Origin: Acidobacteriota bacterium
Lineage (GTDB): Bacteria > Acidobacteriota > CAIWXX01
Direction of reading: 5' to 3'
DNA: 64,000 nt
Assembly (NCBI GenBank): GCA_040755995.1
Contig: JBFMAF010000036.1
Location: 256,001 to 320,000 of the forward strand
Position numbers and translations under genes: made by a program. This document shows positions 45,495-54,621 of the stretch, one piece after another; within the stretch, counting starts at the first letter, position 1; each line of letters starts with the position of its first letter. The notes beneath the pieces were generated by a model, which searched no databases, had not been told where the DNA came from, and saw only the letters and a list, made by a program, of their open reading frames with translations.

Positions 45495-47056
45495 TCACTC
45501 GTAGCGGAGCGCATCCACCGGATTCCGCCGCGCGGCGCGGGCCGCCTGGGCGCCGATCGTGACCACCGCGATTACCAGCGCCAGGGCGCCGGAGAGAGGG
45601 AAGATCCAGAGCTGAATCGGGATCCGATTCGCGAACTGCTGCAACCAGGCCTGCATGGCCACATAGGCTGCAGGCCAGGCCAGGAGATTGGCGAGCACCA
45701 CGCACGCCGTGAAGTCCTTGACGAAGTGCGCGAAGACCCCGCCGACCGTCGCGCCCAGGCTCTTGCGGATGCCGACCTCCTTGGTACTCTGCTCGACCAT
45801 GTACGAGGCAAGTCCGAAGAGGCCGATGCACGAGATGGCCAGTGCGATCAGGCTGAAAGCCCTGAAGAGCAGACCGATCTGATCTTCCCTGCGGTAGAGC
45901 TTGTCAATCGAATCATCCAGGAAGCGGTATTCGAAGGGGAACTCTGGGCTGTATGTCTCCCAGATCCTGCGCAGCAGACCAATGGTGCCCCGGAGATCGT
46001 CCGCCAGCACCCGCATGCAGATGATGCTGCAGTGCTCCGGGCCGTAGACAAGGAACAGCGGCTCGACGGAGTGATGGAGAGAGCGCAGCTGGAAGTCCTT
46101 CAGCACGCCGATAATGGTCCCCTCCCGGTCATCCCAGGTGAACCGCCTGCCAACAGGTTCCCGCATGCCCATCGCCCGCGCGGCGGACTCGTTTATGACG
46201 AAAGCCTGTGTGGCGTCCGTCGGGAACTCCTTCGAGAAGAATCGTGCCTGCGCCATGTGCATCCCGAAGGTCCGGGCGAAATCATCGTCCACAACGCACC
46301 ATCTCATCTGCACACGCTGCTGTGGCTGCCTTCCTTCCCAGCCTGCACTGCTGGTCCCGTTGCGCTCATAGATGGCAAGTTGATCCACGGCCGCCACACT
46401 CAGCACACTCGGTTGCCGCAGCAGTTCCGCCTTGATCGTCTCGTACTTCTCGGCCAATTGACCTCGGGTCTCCACATAGATCAGGTTCTCCTTCGCGAAA
46501 CCGAGCGGCGCGTGGCGCAGGAAATGGATCTGGGAATAGACGATACCGGTCGCGATCATCAGGCCGATGGAAGCGGCAAACTGCAGAACCACCAAGACCC
46601 GACGTTGGCGGGCCGCCGCTGGTCCAAAGCGCCGGACTCCTTTGAGGACAGCGGCAGGCTGGAATGAAGACAGAAGCTGCGCTGGAAAGCCGCCCGCCAC
46701 GGCGCCTGCGGGCAGGCCGATCGCAAGGATCTCCCCACCGTGCTGCCACAGGTCGCCCCAGTCCGACGGCGATGCCTGACCCGAGAGCTCGCGGAACGCC
46801 GGCAGCAGCAGTCTCGCCAGCACAGCCTCCGCCCCCGTGGCCGCCACGGCCATCAGCATGGATTCGAAGAAGATCTGCCCGATCAGATCCACCCGGCGCG
46901 CCCCCAACACTTTGCGCACGCCCACCTCCTTGGCGCGGCGGGCGGCGGTGGCTGTGGTCAGGTTGATGAAGTTGATGCAGGCAATCATCAGAATCGCCGC
47001 CGCGATTGATGAGAGGATGTAGTCTCCCTGCAACACGCCACGAACGCCGTCCGGAC
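45495..47056 (-). pseudogene. 5'-truncated FtsX/MacB-type ABC permease
   Basis: Begins at the first FtsX domain (IACINFINL...RAKEVGVRKVLGA); the N-terminal TM and first periplasmic domain are absent; ends NPVDALRYE. Confidence 0.8.
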
Positions 47057-47057
47057 G

Positions 47058-47158
47058 GCGGACCGTGTCTTCGCATCTTACATTCGTTCCCGCGAGTGTC
47101 GGTTCCGAGGAGAGTTGGTAGATGAGCCGCTCGACCAGGCTGGAGTTCGAGGCGGCGG
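47058..47158 (+). mobile_element. Isolated RAYT left-end remnant (motif + first codons MSRSTRLEFEAA)
   Basis: 81/100 identical and ungapped versus 21057-21156 by manual count; start codon at the same offset. Confidence 0.85.
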
Positions 47159-47183
47159 ACCAGTCGGAAGAATACGAATCCCT

Positions 47184-49229
47184 CTATCGGCTGATCTTCA
47201 TGGTGAGCACCCCGGCCCCCCCGGTGCCCGCCAACAGGGTACTCGGCGCTGAAGGATTGATCGCAAGCGCTCCTATGTACGCGTTCGCCATTCCTGCGCT
47301 TGACATCGCCCTCCAGCTGGCACCTCCATCCTCGCTCACGTACACACCACGACCATAGGTGCCGAGATATACCCTTGTCGGAGCAATCGGGTCAATCGTC
47401 AGCGAGCACGGCGTTGTATAGTCCGGTAGGTCAGGTGTTAGCCTGCTCCAACCGCCTCCTCCGTTCGTGCTCTTGTACACGTCATATGGCCAGACCAATG
47501 CGTAGAGGTTGCTGGGCGTCACAGGGTCGACCGTCAGGGATTCCACCAGTTGGCGCTCCAGGCCGCGCCTGGCGGCCTGCCAGCTACTGCCTCCGTTGGT
47601 ACTCTTAAGGACCCCATCTCCGGTCCCAACGTAGATGGTACCCGACCTTCCTGGGTCGACAGCCAGTGATCTTGCGTACGCATAATGTGGCAATACGACG
47701 CGATGCCAGTGAGAGCCCGAGTCGCTACTCTCGAAGAAGTCGCCCAATAGTACAGCGTAGAGGGTAGATGTCTTCTTCGGGTCGATTGCCAGTGCGTCGA
47801 GGTAGATAGCGTCTACCTGACGGGGCAGTCCCTCATCTGCGGCACTCCAAGTCCCACCTCCATCCGTGCTCTCGAGCACGGCTGGGCCATCCGAGCGCCC
47901 ATTTGTGTATAGGGTAGATGGGATCTGAGGGTTGACCGCGAGTGCCAGGATGCTATGTCCCGAAGGGTCCCCTAGCACCTTCTTCCAGGATCGGCCTCCG
48001 TTCGTGCTCTTGAACAGGCCCGTCATCTGCGTCCCAGCGTATACTATGCCTGGTCTGGCCGGGCTGGTCGCGAAGGTCGTGACCATGGTGTTCGCGATAC
48101 CGCTATTGGAGGAACGCCAGCTCTCGCCTCCATCCGTGCTACTGAACAGACCGGAGTGGGTGGCGCCACAATACACCGCGAGCGGCGTCGCGGGGTCAAC
48201 GGCCAACGCTTGCACTGCCACGGCCAGAGGTCTCATGGTTGGCAGGCCATTGTTCATGTCGCTCCAACTCGCGCCCCTGTTTGTGCTCTTGAAGACTCCG
48301 CGCATCGATCCGGCATAGATGGTAGAGGGGTTCGTTGGGTCGATCGCCAAGTCTACCACGTAGGGGTCTTCCGGAATGCCTCGACTGATAGGGAACCAGT
48401 GGCTGCCACCGTCCACCGTGTAGAAGATCCCCCCCAGGTAACCGGTCTGGGCAGCATAGACTCTAGGGGGTGTGCTCTCCTCAAGCGCAATGGCAGTAAT
48501 GCGGCTATTCTCTGAAATCCACCCATGATTGATGGGCGTCCAAGAACGGCCCTTGTTCGTGCTCGTGCGCACTCCACCAGTAGTTCCGGCATAGATGGTC
48601 TCAGGTTCACTGCGCGTAATAGCCAGAGCGTTCACGATCAAGCCCAACAACCCAGCCTTGCACTCAACCCAACGGTCACCGCCATTGGTGCTCTTGTACA
48701 GTCCTCCCATGCCCCCTGCGTACAAGGTCGTCGGCGTCGCAGGATCAACAACCAAAGCGAGCAGGTCAGTGTTCGTCAGTCCGATGCTAGCCGCGCGCCA
48801 GGTAGCGCCCCCATCTGTGCTCTTGAAGATACCTCCAGCGGTTGCAGCGTAGATCGTCGCCGGTGCTCCAGGATCGATGGCGAGCCGACTAATGACAGTG
48901 TTGTCCAAACCCTTATTTATTGCGCGCCAGGAATTGCCCCCGTTTGTGCTCTTGAAAACGCCACCTCCTTCTTCGTCGCCGGTGTCATAGCCGGTGGCGT
49001 CCACACCGCTCCGTAGGCGGTGGTCAAGCGTAAACTTTCCCTGAATCCCGGTCCCCAGGTAGATAGTAGCAGGGGCGGACGGAACAATCGCAATTGCGCT
49101 CACGCTGCCCCCGAAAGGGCCATGGCTGGTCCATGTCTCTACTCCGCCTGAGGTTGTTGGCTCAGCCGGAACTGCAACGGTGACAATCGATATCAAGAAC
49201 AAGGAGCCAGTTCGTCGCTGTCGCTTCAT
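47184..49229 (-). CDS. Secreted BNR/Asp-box (VPS10/sortilin-like) beta-propeller protein
   Basis: Signal peptide; about 12 repeats of GxFKSTNGGxSW...LAIDP. Confidence 0.88.
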   Translation of the reverse strand: MKRQRRTGSLFLISIVTVAVPAEPTTSGGVETWTSHGPFGGSVSAIAIVPSAPATIYLGTGIQGKFTLDHRLRSGVDATGYDTGDEEGGGVFKSTNGGNSWRAINKGLDNTVISRLAIDPGAPATIYAATAGGIFKSTDGGATWRAASIGLTNTDLLALVVDPATPTTLYAGGMGGLYKSTNGGDRWVECKAGLLGLIVNALAITRSEPETIYAGTTGGVRTSTNKGRSWTPINHGWISENSRITAIALEESTPPRVYAAQTGYLGGIFYTVDGGSHWFPISRGIPEDPYVVDLAIDPTNPSTIYAGSMRGVFKSTNRGASWSDMNNGLPTMRPLAVAVQALAVDPATPLAVYCGATHSGLFSSTDGGESWRSSNSGIANTMVTTFATSPARPGIVYAGTQMTGLFKSTNGGRSWKKVLGDPSGHSILALAVNPQIPSTLYTNGRSDGPAVLESTDGGGTWSAADEGLPRQVDAIYLDALAIDPKKTSTLYAVLLGDFFESSDSGSHWHRVVLPHYAYARSLAVDPGRSGTIYVGTGDGVLKSTNGGSSWQAARRGLERQLVESLTVDPVTPSNLYALVWPYDVYKSTNGGGGWSRLTPDLPDYTTPCSLTIDPIAPTRVYLGTYGRGVYVSEDGGASWRAMSSAGMANAYIGALAINPSAPSTLLAGTGGAGVLTMKISR

Positions 49230-49248
49230 GGTCACGCCTCAGTGTCGA

Positions 49249-49611
49249 TCAGTAGTCATCCGACAGGAGTCCAACAGTCCTGAGCTCCCTCAGGAGCTCC
49301 GGCCTGGCTTCGCGAAGCCTCCTAACGCGCTTTCGCTTGTAGGGCGCTATCTCGGCCACCTGACGAACCAGCATCGCCAGCGACGCGATTCGCTCCTCGG
49401 ATGAGCCTATCAGTTCCTGGAGTCGAAGGACGTTCTTCTCTGAAATATGCGACTGCGTCATGAGTCCCAAGACCTCATCCTCTTGCTCGATCCTCGCAAT
49501 CATCTCCGCGGGGAGTCGCTGACACTTCTTGCATATGTGGCGGACGTGACCCCGGCCAGAGAATTGCTCGTTCGGCCGGGACTTTCTACAGATACGGCAA
49601 TAGTGACTCAT
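49249..49611 (-). CDS. Hypothetical Cys/His-rich (putative Zn-binding) protein
   Basis: MSHYCRICRKSRPNEQFSGRGHVRHICKKC; ATGA overlap with the Mo-subunit stop. Confidence 0.75.
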   Translation of the reverse strand: MSHYCRICRKSRPNEQFSGRGHVRHICKKCQRLPAEMIARIEQEDEVLGLMTQSHISEKNVLRLQELIGSSEERIASLAMLVRQVAEIAPYKRKRVRRLREARPELLRELRTVGLLSDDY

Positions 49612-51986
49612 GTTTCCAGAGCCCCGCGTTCCTTCTCGCGAAGCGCTGCGACAATCTTCTCCGGGGTGATCGGCAGGTCGCGGATGCGGATGCCGATGGC
49701 GTCGCAGATGGCGTTGGCGATGGCGGGGGCGGTCGGGACGAGGCCGGGTTCGCCGACTCCTTTGGCTCCGAAGGGGCCCGCGGGGTCGTTCGTTTCGACG
49801 AAGGCGACATCGATCGGAAAACTCATGTCTCCGGCGGTCGGGAGCTTGTAGTCGGTGAAGCTCGGGTTCAGGATGCGGCCGCGCTCGGTGCGCACCTCCT
49901 CGTAGAGCCCGTAGCCGATCCCCTGCGCCAGCGCTCCGTAGATCTGCCCGCGCAGGGCCTGCGGATGCAGCACGCGCCCGACGTCGTGCACGGCGACGAT
50001 CCGCAGAATACGCACGTCGCCCGTCTCTTCGTCCACTTCGACTTCCACACCTTGCGTTCCGAATGCGTAGGTCGCCGACATGTTGCCGAGGCCCTTCTCC
50101 CAATCGGGGAGCTCCGAAGGCGGGTCGTAGAACGCTTCCACGGTCAGCATGTTTCCTCCAGGACGGAAGTGGATCCCGCGCAGAATCTTCCCGAGCTCGA
50201 TCGGCGCGCGGGGGTCGGAGGCGAGCGGCCCATCCTTGAGGAAGAGCCGGCCATCGGCGAGATCGAGCAGGCCCGGGCGGATCTCGCCGATATCGGAGTG
50301 CCCGCGTAGAGCTCGCCTCAACTCCTCAGCGTACACAGGCGCGGCCAGCTCAAAGAGACGCTCCCGCAGCTTCGCGGCCGCGAGCGCGACGGCCGAGAGC
50401 GCCGTGAACGCGCCGCGGCTCGCGTGCGTCCCCACGTCCCACGGACACGTGGCGGTGTCGGTCTGGTTGACGATGACGTTCTCGGGACGCACACCGACGA
50501 ATTCGGCGACGCCTACCGCGAGCGCTGCGTGGTGGCCCTGCCCCATTTCCACACCGCCCGCGTACACGTATACGTTGCCGAAATCGTCCAGACGCATGAT
50601 CACACCGCTGGCATCCGAGCGGTAGATGCGCCCGGAACCTCCGACGTGCATCAGCGATGCGATCCCGACACCGCGCCGCTTCGACCGGCCCTTCCCCCGC
50701 TTCTCACTCCACCCGAGCCGAGCGGCCGTCTGATCGATGCACTCGGGAAGACCGCACGTTCCGATCTTCAGGCCCATCGGAGTCACATCTCCGGGCCGGT
50801 TGCTGTTGAGACGCCGGATATCGAGCGCATCCATGCCGGCCGCTTCGGCGAGCTCATCCAGGTTGCTCTCGATGGCCCAGGTCACCTCCGGGTTTCCATA
50901 GCCGCGCATGGCCTGGCAGTACGTGTTGTTCGTGTAGACGATCTGCGCTTCGAAGCGCACGGCGGGCACCCGATAGAGCGACGTCGCGGGCAGCATCATC
51001 ACGCCGGGGTACGTCGCTCCCCACGACGTGTAGGCGCCGTTGTCCTGCAGCACGTCGATCTCGCGGAAGGTGAGCCGGCCCGAGCTGTCGCAGCCCTGTT
51101 CGATCGACACGACAGCGCACTGGCGCGGCGACAGATACGCGAACTCCTCCTCGCGCGTGTAGAGGATCTTCACCGGGCGCCCCGTCGCGCGGGCGAGCAG
51201 GATCGCGATGTATTCGTAGGCGTGTGTGTCGAGCCCCGTGCCGAAGCCGCCGCCGAGTGCCGGCACGATGACGCGGCTGTTGCGGCCGGGGAGGCCCATG
51301 TCGGCCAGCGCGCGGTTGAAGTCGCGCTGCGCCAGGAACGGGATCTGCGTCTTCGCCCAGATCGTCAGGTTGCCGCGATCGTCCATCTCGGCGATGCAGC
51401 CGGCCGTGCCCATGCAGCTCTGCTGGATGCGCGGCACCGAAAACTGCCCGGAGACGATGTGCGCCGAGCGTCGCCGGGCCTCCGGCAGGTCGCCCGAGAC
51501 ATGGCGGAACGTGAGCGGCACGCGGTTGTCCGCTCGAGGCTTGCCCGAAGGGTCGGTTTCGTGCACAAGAGGCGCGCCCTCGGCGAGCGCCTCGCGCGGA
51601 TCGAACACACCGGGCAGCGGCTCGTACTCGACGCGAATCGCATCCACAGCCTCGGCCGCAATCTCCGGATCGATCGCCGCCACCGCCGCCACCTCGTCGC
51701 GGAACTGCCGGACCTTGCCCTTCTTGAGCGCGAAGTTGTCGCGAAGGAAGCCGATCCGCACCTCGGGCGTGTTTGACGCCGTCAACACGGCACACACACC
51801 AGGCATGCGCTCGGCGCGCGATGCGTCGACATTCACGATCCGGGCGTGAGCGTGCTCGGAGAATTTGATCTTTCCGTAGAGCATCCGCGGGCGCGTGATG
51901 TCATGGATGTACTCGGCCGCACCGCGTGCCTTGGCGCCGGCATCGGGTCGCGGGATCTCTCTGCCGATGAACCGGTGCTCGCTCAT
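49608..51986 (-). CDS. Xanthine dehydrogenase family molybdopterin-binding large subunit
   Basis: LGGGFG, AMRGYGNP, EMGQG, THASRG, GAKGVGEP; start re-called at MSEHRFIG. Confidence 0.93.
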   Translation of the reverse strand: MSEHRFIGREIPRPDAGAKARGAAEYIHDITRPRMLYGKIKFSEHAHARIVNVDASRAERMPGVCAVLTASNTPEVRIGFLRDNFALKKGKVRQFRDEVAAVAAIDPEIAAEAVDAIRVEYEPLPGVFDPREALAEGAPLVHETDPSGKPRADNRVPLTFRHVSGDLPEARRRSAHIVSGQFSVPRIQQSCMGTAGCIAEMDDRGNLTIWAKTQIPFLAQRDFNRALADMGLPGRNSRVIVPALGGGFGTGLDTHAYEYIAILLARATGRPVKILYTREEEFAYLSPRQCAVVSIEQGCDSSGRLTFREIDVLQDNGAYTSWGATYPGVMMLPATSLYRVPAVRFEAQIVYTNNTYCQAMRGYGNPEVTWAIESNLDELAEAAGMDALDIRRLNSNRPGDVTPMGLKIGTCGLPECIDQTAARLGWSEKRGKGRSKRRGVGIASLMHVGGSGRIYRSDASGVIMRLDDFGNVYVYAGGVEMGQGHHAALAVGVAEFVGVRPENVIVNQTDTATCPWDVGTHASRGAFTALSAVALAAAKLRERLFELAAPVYAEELRRALRGHSDIGEIRPGLLDLADGRLFLKDGPLASDPRAPIELGKILRGIHFRPGGNMLTVEAFYDPPSELPDWEKGLGNMSATYAFGTQGVEVEVDEETGDVRILRIVAVHDVGRVLHPQALRGQIYGALAQGIGYGLYEEVRTERGRILNPSFTDYKLPTAGDMSFPIDVAFVETNDPAGPFGAKGVGEPGLVPTAPAIANAICDAIGIRIRDLPITPEKIVAALREKERGALET

Positions 51987-52459
51987 CTCTCCCCTCTCCG
52001 CAGCCCCGCTGCCGCGTGGACGGCCTCGACGATTTGCACATATCCTGTGCACCGGCAGATGTTCCCGACAAGTGCATCGCGAATATCGGACTCGCTGGGA
52101 GTGGGGTTTCGGTCCAGCAGCGCCTGTACCGACAGGATCATTCCGGGAGAGCAGAACCCGCATTGGATTCCGCCTTGCTCCACGAATGCCTGCTGAACTG
52201 CCGATAGCTCGGTTCCGCGCGGCAGGCCCTCGATCGTCGTGACCTCCCGCCCCTCCGCCTCGAGAGCCGGAAAGAGGCAGGAGTTAACCGGTCGCCCGTC
52301 CACCAGCACGGTACACGCCCCGCACTCACCCTTGCCACAGCCTTCCTTGGTCCCCGTCAAATGAAAGTGGTCACGCAGGACTTCCAGAAGCAGTTTGCTC
52401 CCCTCGACCTCGCCCAATACCGGCGAGCCATTGAGAGTGAATGCGAGGGGATGCTTCAT
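51983..52459 (-). CDS. Xanthine dehydrogenase family 2x[2Fe-2S] small subunit
   Basis: [33 protein letters not shown]. Confidence 0.95.
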   Translation of the reverse strand: MKHPLAFTLNGSPVLGEVEGSKLLLEVLRDHFHLTGTKEGCGKGECGACTVLVDGRPVNSCLFPALEAEGREVTTIEGLPRGTELSAVQQAFVEQGGIQCGFCSPGMILSVQALLDRNPTPSESDIRDALVGNICRCTGYVQIVEAVHAAAGLRRGER

Positions 52460-53316
52460 GGTCTTGCCTGCCCCAGGAGCGTTTCCAGAGCGCGTCTCAC
52501 GAAGACGCCGGTGATGTGTCTCCGGTATTCTTCACCGGCACGCAAGTCGCAAATCGGGGCTACGCTCTCGCGCGCAAGATTCGCCGCGGCCAGGAGGAGA
52601 TCGCGTTTCATCTCTTGCCCGGTCAGCAGGCGTTCGACGGATTCAAGTCGTCGAGGTGTCGGGGCCACCGAACCGACGGCTACGCGCGCTTTCACGCAAG
52701 TGGCTCCATCCAGCTCGAGCAGGACAGCGACGCTCGCGAGCGCGAGGTCCATGGCGACGCGTCTCTTCTTGAAGAAAATCGCACGAGCGTTCGGCGCAGG
52801 TGGGTCTAGGACCACACCCGTGACGAGGTCATGCGGCCCGAGGCGCGTCTGTCGAGGCCCGAGGAAGAATTCTTCGAGCGGGATCTCGTCTTCCTGCCCG
52901 CCCGGGCGACGGACGGCGAGTCGCGCCCCCAGTACCAAGAGCGGCGGGGCGGTGTCGGCGCAGGGGCTCGCCGTGCAGAGATTGCCGCCCACGGTCGCCA
53001 CGTTTCGGATCTGCACCGAGCCCATCGAAGCCATCGCCTGCACCAGGACCGGGAAGCGTGAGGAAAGTGCCGGGTCGCCGATGCAGTCAGCGATCGGTGT
53101 GGCCGAGCCGACTCGGACGAAGCCGTCTGCACGCACGCCGGAGAGCTCCGCGATGCGGCGAAGCGAGACCAGCGCCGCCGGGCTCTCTTTGCGTTCCTTC
53201 ATGCGCACAATCAGGTCGGTGCCGCCGGCCAGATACTTCGCACCTTCTGTGCGCGCCTTCAACTCCTGCGCCTCTTCCACACTACGCGGGCGCAAGAACT
53301 CGAAACGCCCCCTCAT
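52456..53316 (-). CDS. Xanthine dehydrogenase family FAD-binding medium subunit
   Basis: LAGGTDL, QIRNVATVGGNLCTASPCAD, VGSVAPTP. Confidence 0.93.
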   Translation of the reverse strand: MRGRFEFLRPRSVEEAQELKARTEGAKYLAGGTDLIVRMKERKESPAALVSLRRIAELSGVRADGFVRVGSATPIADCIGDPALSSRFPVLVQAMASMGSVQIRNVATVGGNLCTASPCADTAPPLLVLGARLAVRRPGGQEDEIPLEEFFLGPRQTRLGPHDLVTGVVLDPPAPNARAIFFKKRRVAMDLALASVAVLLELDGATCVKARVAVGSVAPTPRRLESVERLLTGQEMKRDLLLAAANLARESVAPICDLRAGEEYRRHITGVFVRRALETLLGQARP

Positions 53317-54527
53317 GCGATAACTCCTTCTTGCCGCAACGCGGCGACTTCACTTTCACGCAGCCCGGCCTCCCGCAGCACCGCATCGGTGTGCTCGCCG
53401 TATGCCGGAGCAAAGGGCAGCTCGCCTCCGCGACTCTCGAGGTGCGGCGTCGAGACCGCCGGCGGCGGCAAACGGACGAGACGGCCGTCGGGGGCCAGTG
53501 TTCGGAGCGCCGCCGCTTTCACGAAGTCCAGATCGGCAACCTTATCAACCGGCGTGATCGGCGCATGCGGTACCGTCGCGGCTCGGAGGACCTCGGCCAC
53601 TTCGGCAAACGAGTGCCGGCTCGTGATCTCCTCGATCGCGCGAAAGATGTCCGCCTTGTGCGCGCGGCGCCCTTCATTCGTCGCGAATTCGCCGCGCCCG
53701 AGCGCCGCGAACATCGGATGGCGCGACAGGCGCTGCCACTGCGCGTCGCTCCCGATCGCAATGTAGATGTATCCGTCGCGCGTACGATAGGCGTTCACCG
53801 GAATGAACTGGCGATGCTCATTGCCGGCGCGGCGAAGCTCGGAGGGCGGGCTTCCCATGTCGAGCATCGGCAGGAAAGTGTGCAGCCACGACACCGCCGC
53901 CTGCGCCATCGATATGTCGATGCGCTTCCCACGGCGGGTGCGATCGCGCTCGGCCAGCGCCAACATCACCTGCAGAAACGCTTCGTCCCCCGCTTTGAGG
54001 TCGATCAGCGGCGGGCCGCACTGGAGCGGCGGGCCGTCGGCGTGGCCGGTGAGGTCCATGTAGCCGCAGAGCGCCTGCAGCATCGGATCGTAGCCGGGAA
54101 CGTCCGGGTAGGCCGAGCCCATCGCCGAAATGCAGCACCAGACGAGCTCAGGGCGAGCCGCCGAGAGCGTCTCGTAGTCTATCCCAAGCTCGGTGTGGCG
54201 CGCGGGCAGCGTGTTCGTGCAAAAGACGTCCGCAGGCAGCTCGCGCACGAGCCGCAGCAGAAGTTGTCGTCCTTCCGGACGTTTCAGATTCAGCGCAATC
54301 GCTTCCTTGCCCACATTCGGCGCGACGTAGTAGCTGTGGCGGTCATCGCCGGCGATCCTACGGCCGACATACCGGTTCGGGTCTCCCTTGGTCTCGCGCC
54401 CTGAAGCCGGTGTCGGCTCGACGCGAATCACGCGGAGGCCCTGATGGACGAGGCGCAGCGTGGCGTAAGACATCGACAGTGCCTGTTCGAGCGCCAGGAC
54501 AAGGGGCACGTTCTTGGAAGCCGGCAC
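53313..54527 (-). CDS. Class III (CaiB/BaiF) CoA-transferase
   Basis: VIRVEP, GDPNR, NVGKEAIALNLK, PGYDPMLQA, PLIDLKAG (catalytic Asp position), PAYGEHT. Confidence 0.9.
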   Translation of the reverse strand: MPASKNVPLVLALEQALSMSYATLRLVHQGLRVIRVEPTPASGRETKGDPNRYVGRRIAGDDRHSYYVAPNVGKEAIALNLKRPEGRQLLLRLVRELPADVFCTNTLPARHTELGIDYETLSAARPELVWCCISAMGSAYPDVPGYDPMLQALCGYMDLTGHADGPPLQCGPPLIDLKAGDEAFLQVMLALAERDRTRRGKRIDISMAQAAVSWLHTFLPMLDMGSPPSELRRAGNEHRQFIPVNAYRTRDGYIYIAIGSDAQWQRLSRHPMFAALGRGEFATNEGRRAHKADIFRAIEEITSRHSFAEVAEVLRAATVPHAPITPVDKVADLDFVKAAALRTLAPDGRLVRLPPPAVSTPHLESRGGELPFAPAYGEHTDAVLREAGLRESEVAALRQEGVIA

Positions 54528-54621
54528 GATTTCACCTAGCCCATCTTGGACGCAGACGATGCAAGCCAGGTCCGTCCACCTCTATGTCCAGCTGATCCGC
54601 GGTGCTGTGGGTGGATCAAGG

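Noticed and set aside
47184..49229. CRISPR-like periodic repeats (gtgctcttgaa...)
   Set aside because: They are degenerate in-frame BNR/Asp-box coding repeats, and no cas genes are present.
49608..53316. 4-hydroxybenzoyl-CoA reductase (hcrCAB) assignment
   Set aside because: The FAD subunit reads GGNLCTASPCAD, without the Cys-rich [4Fe-4S] insertion characteristic of HcrB.
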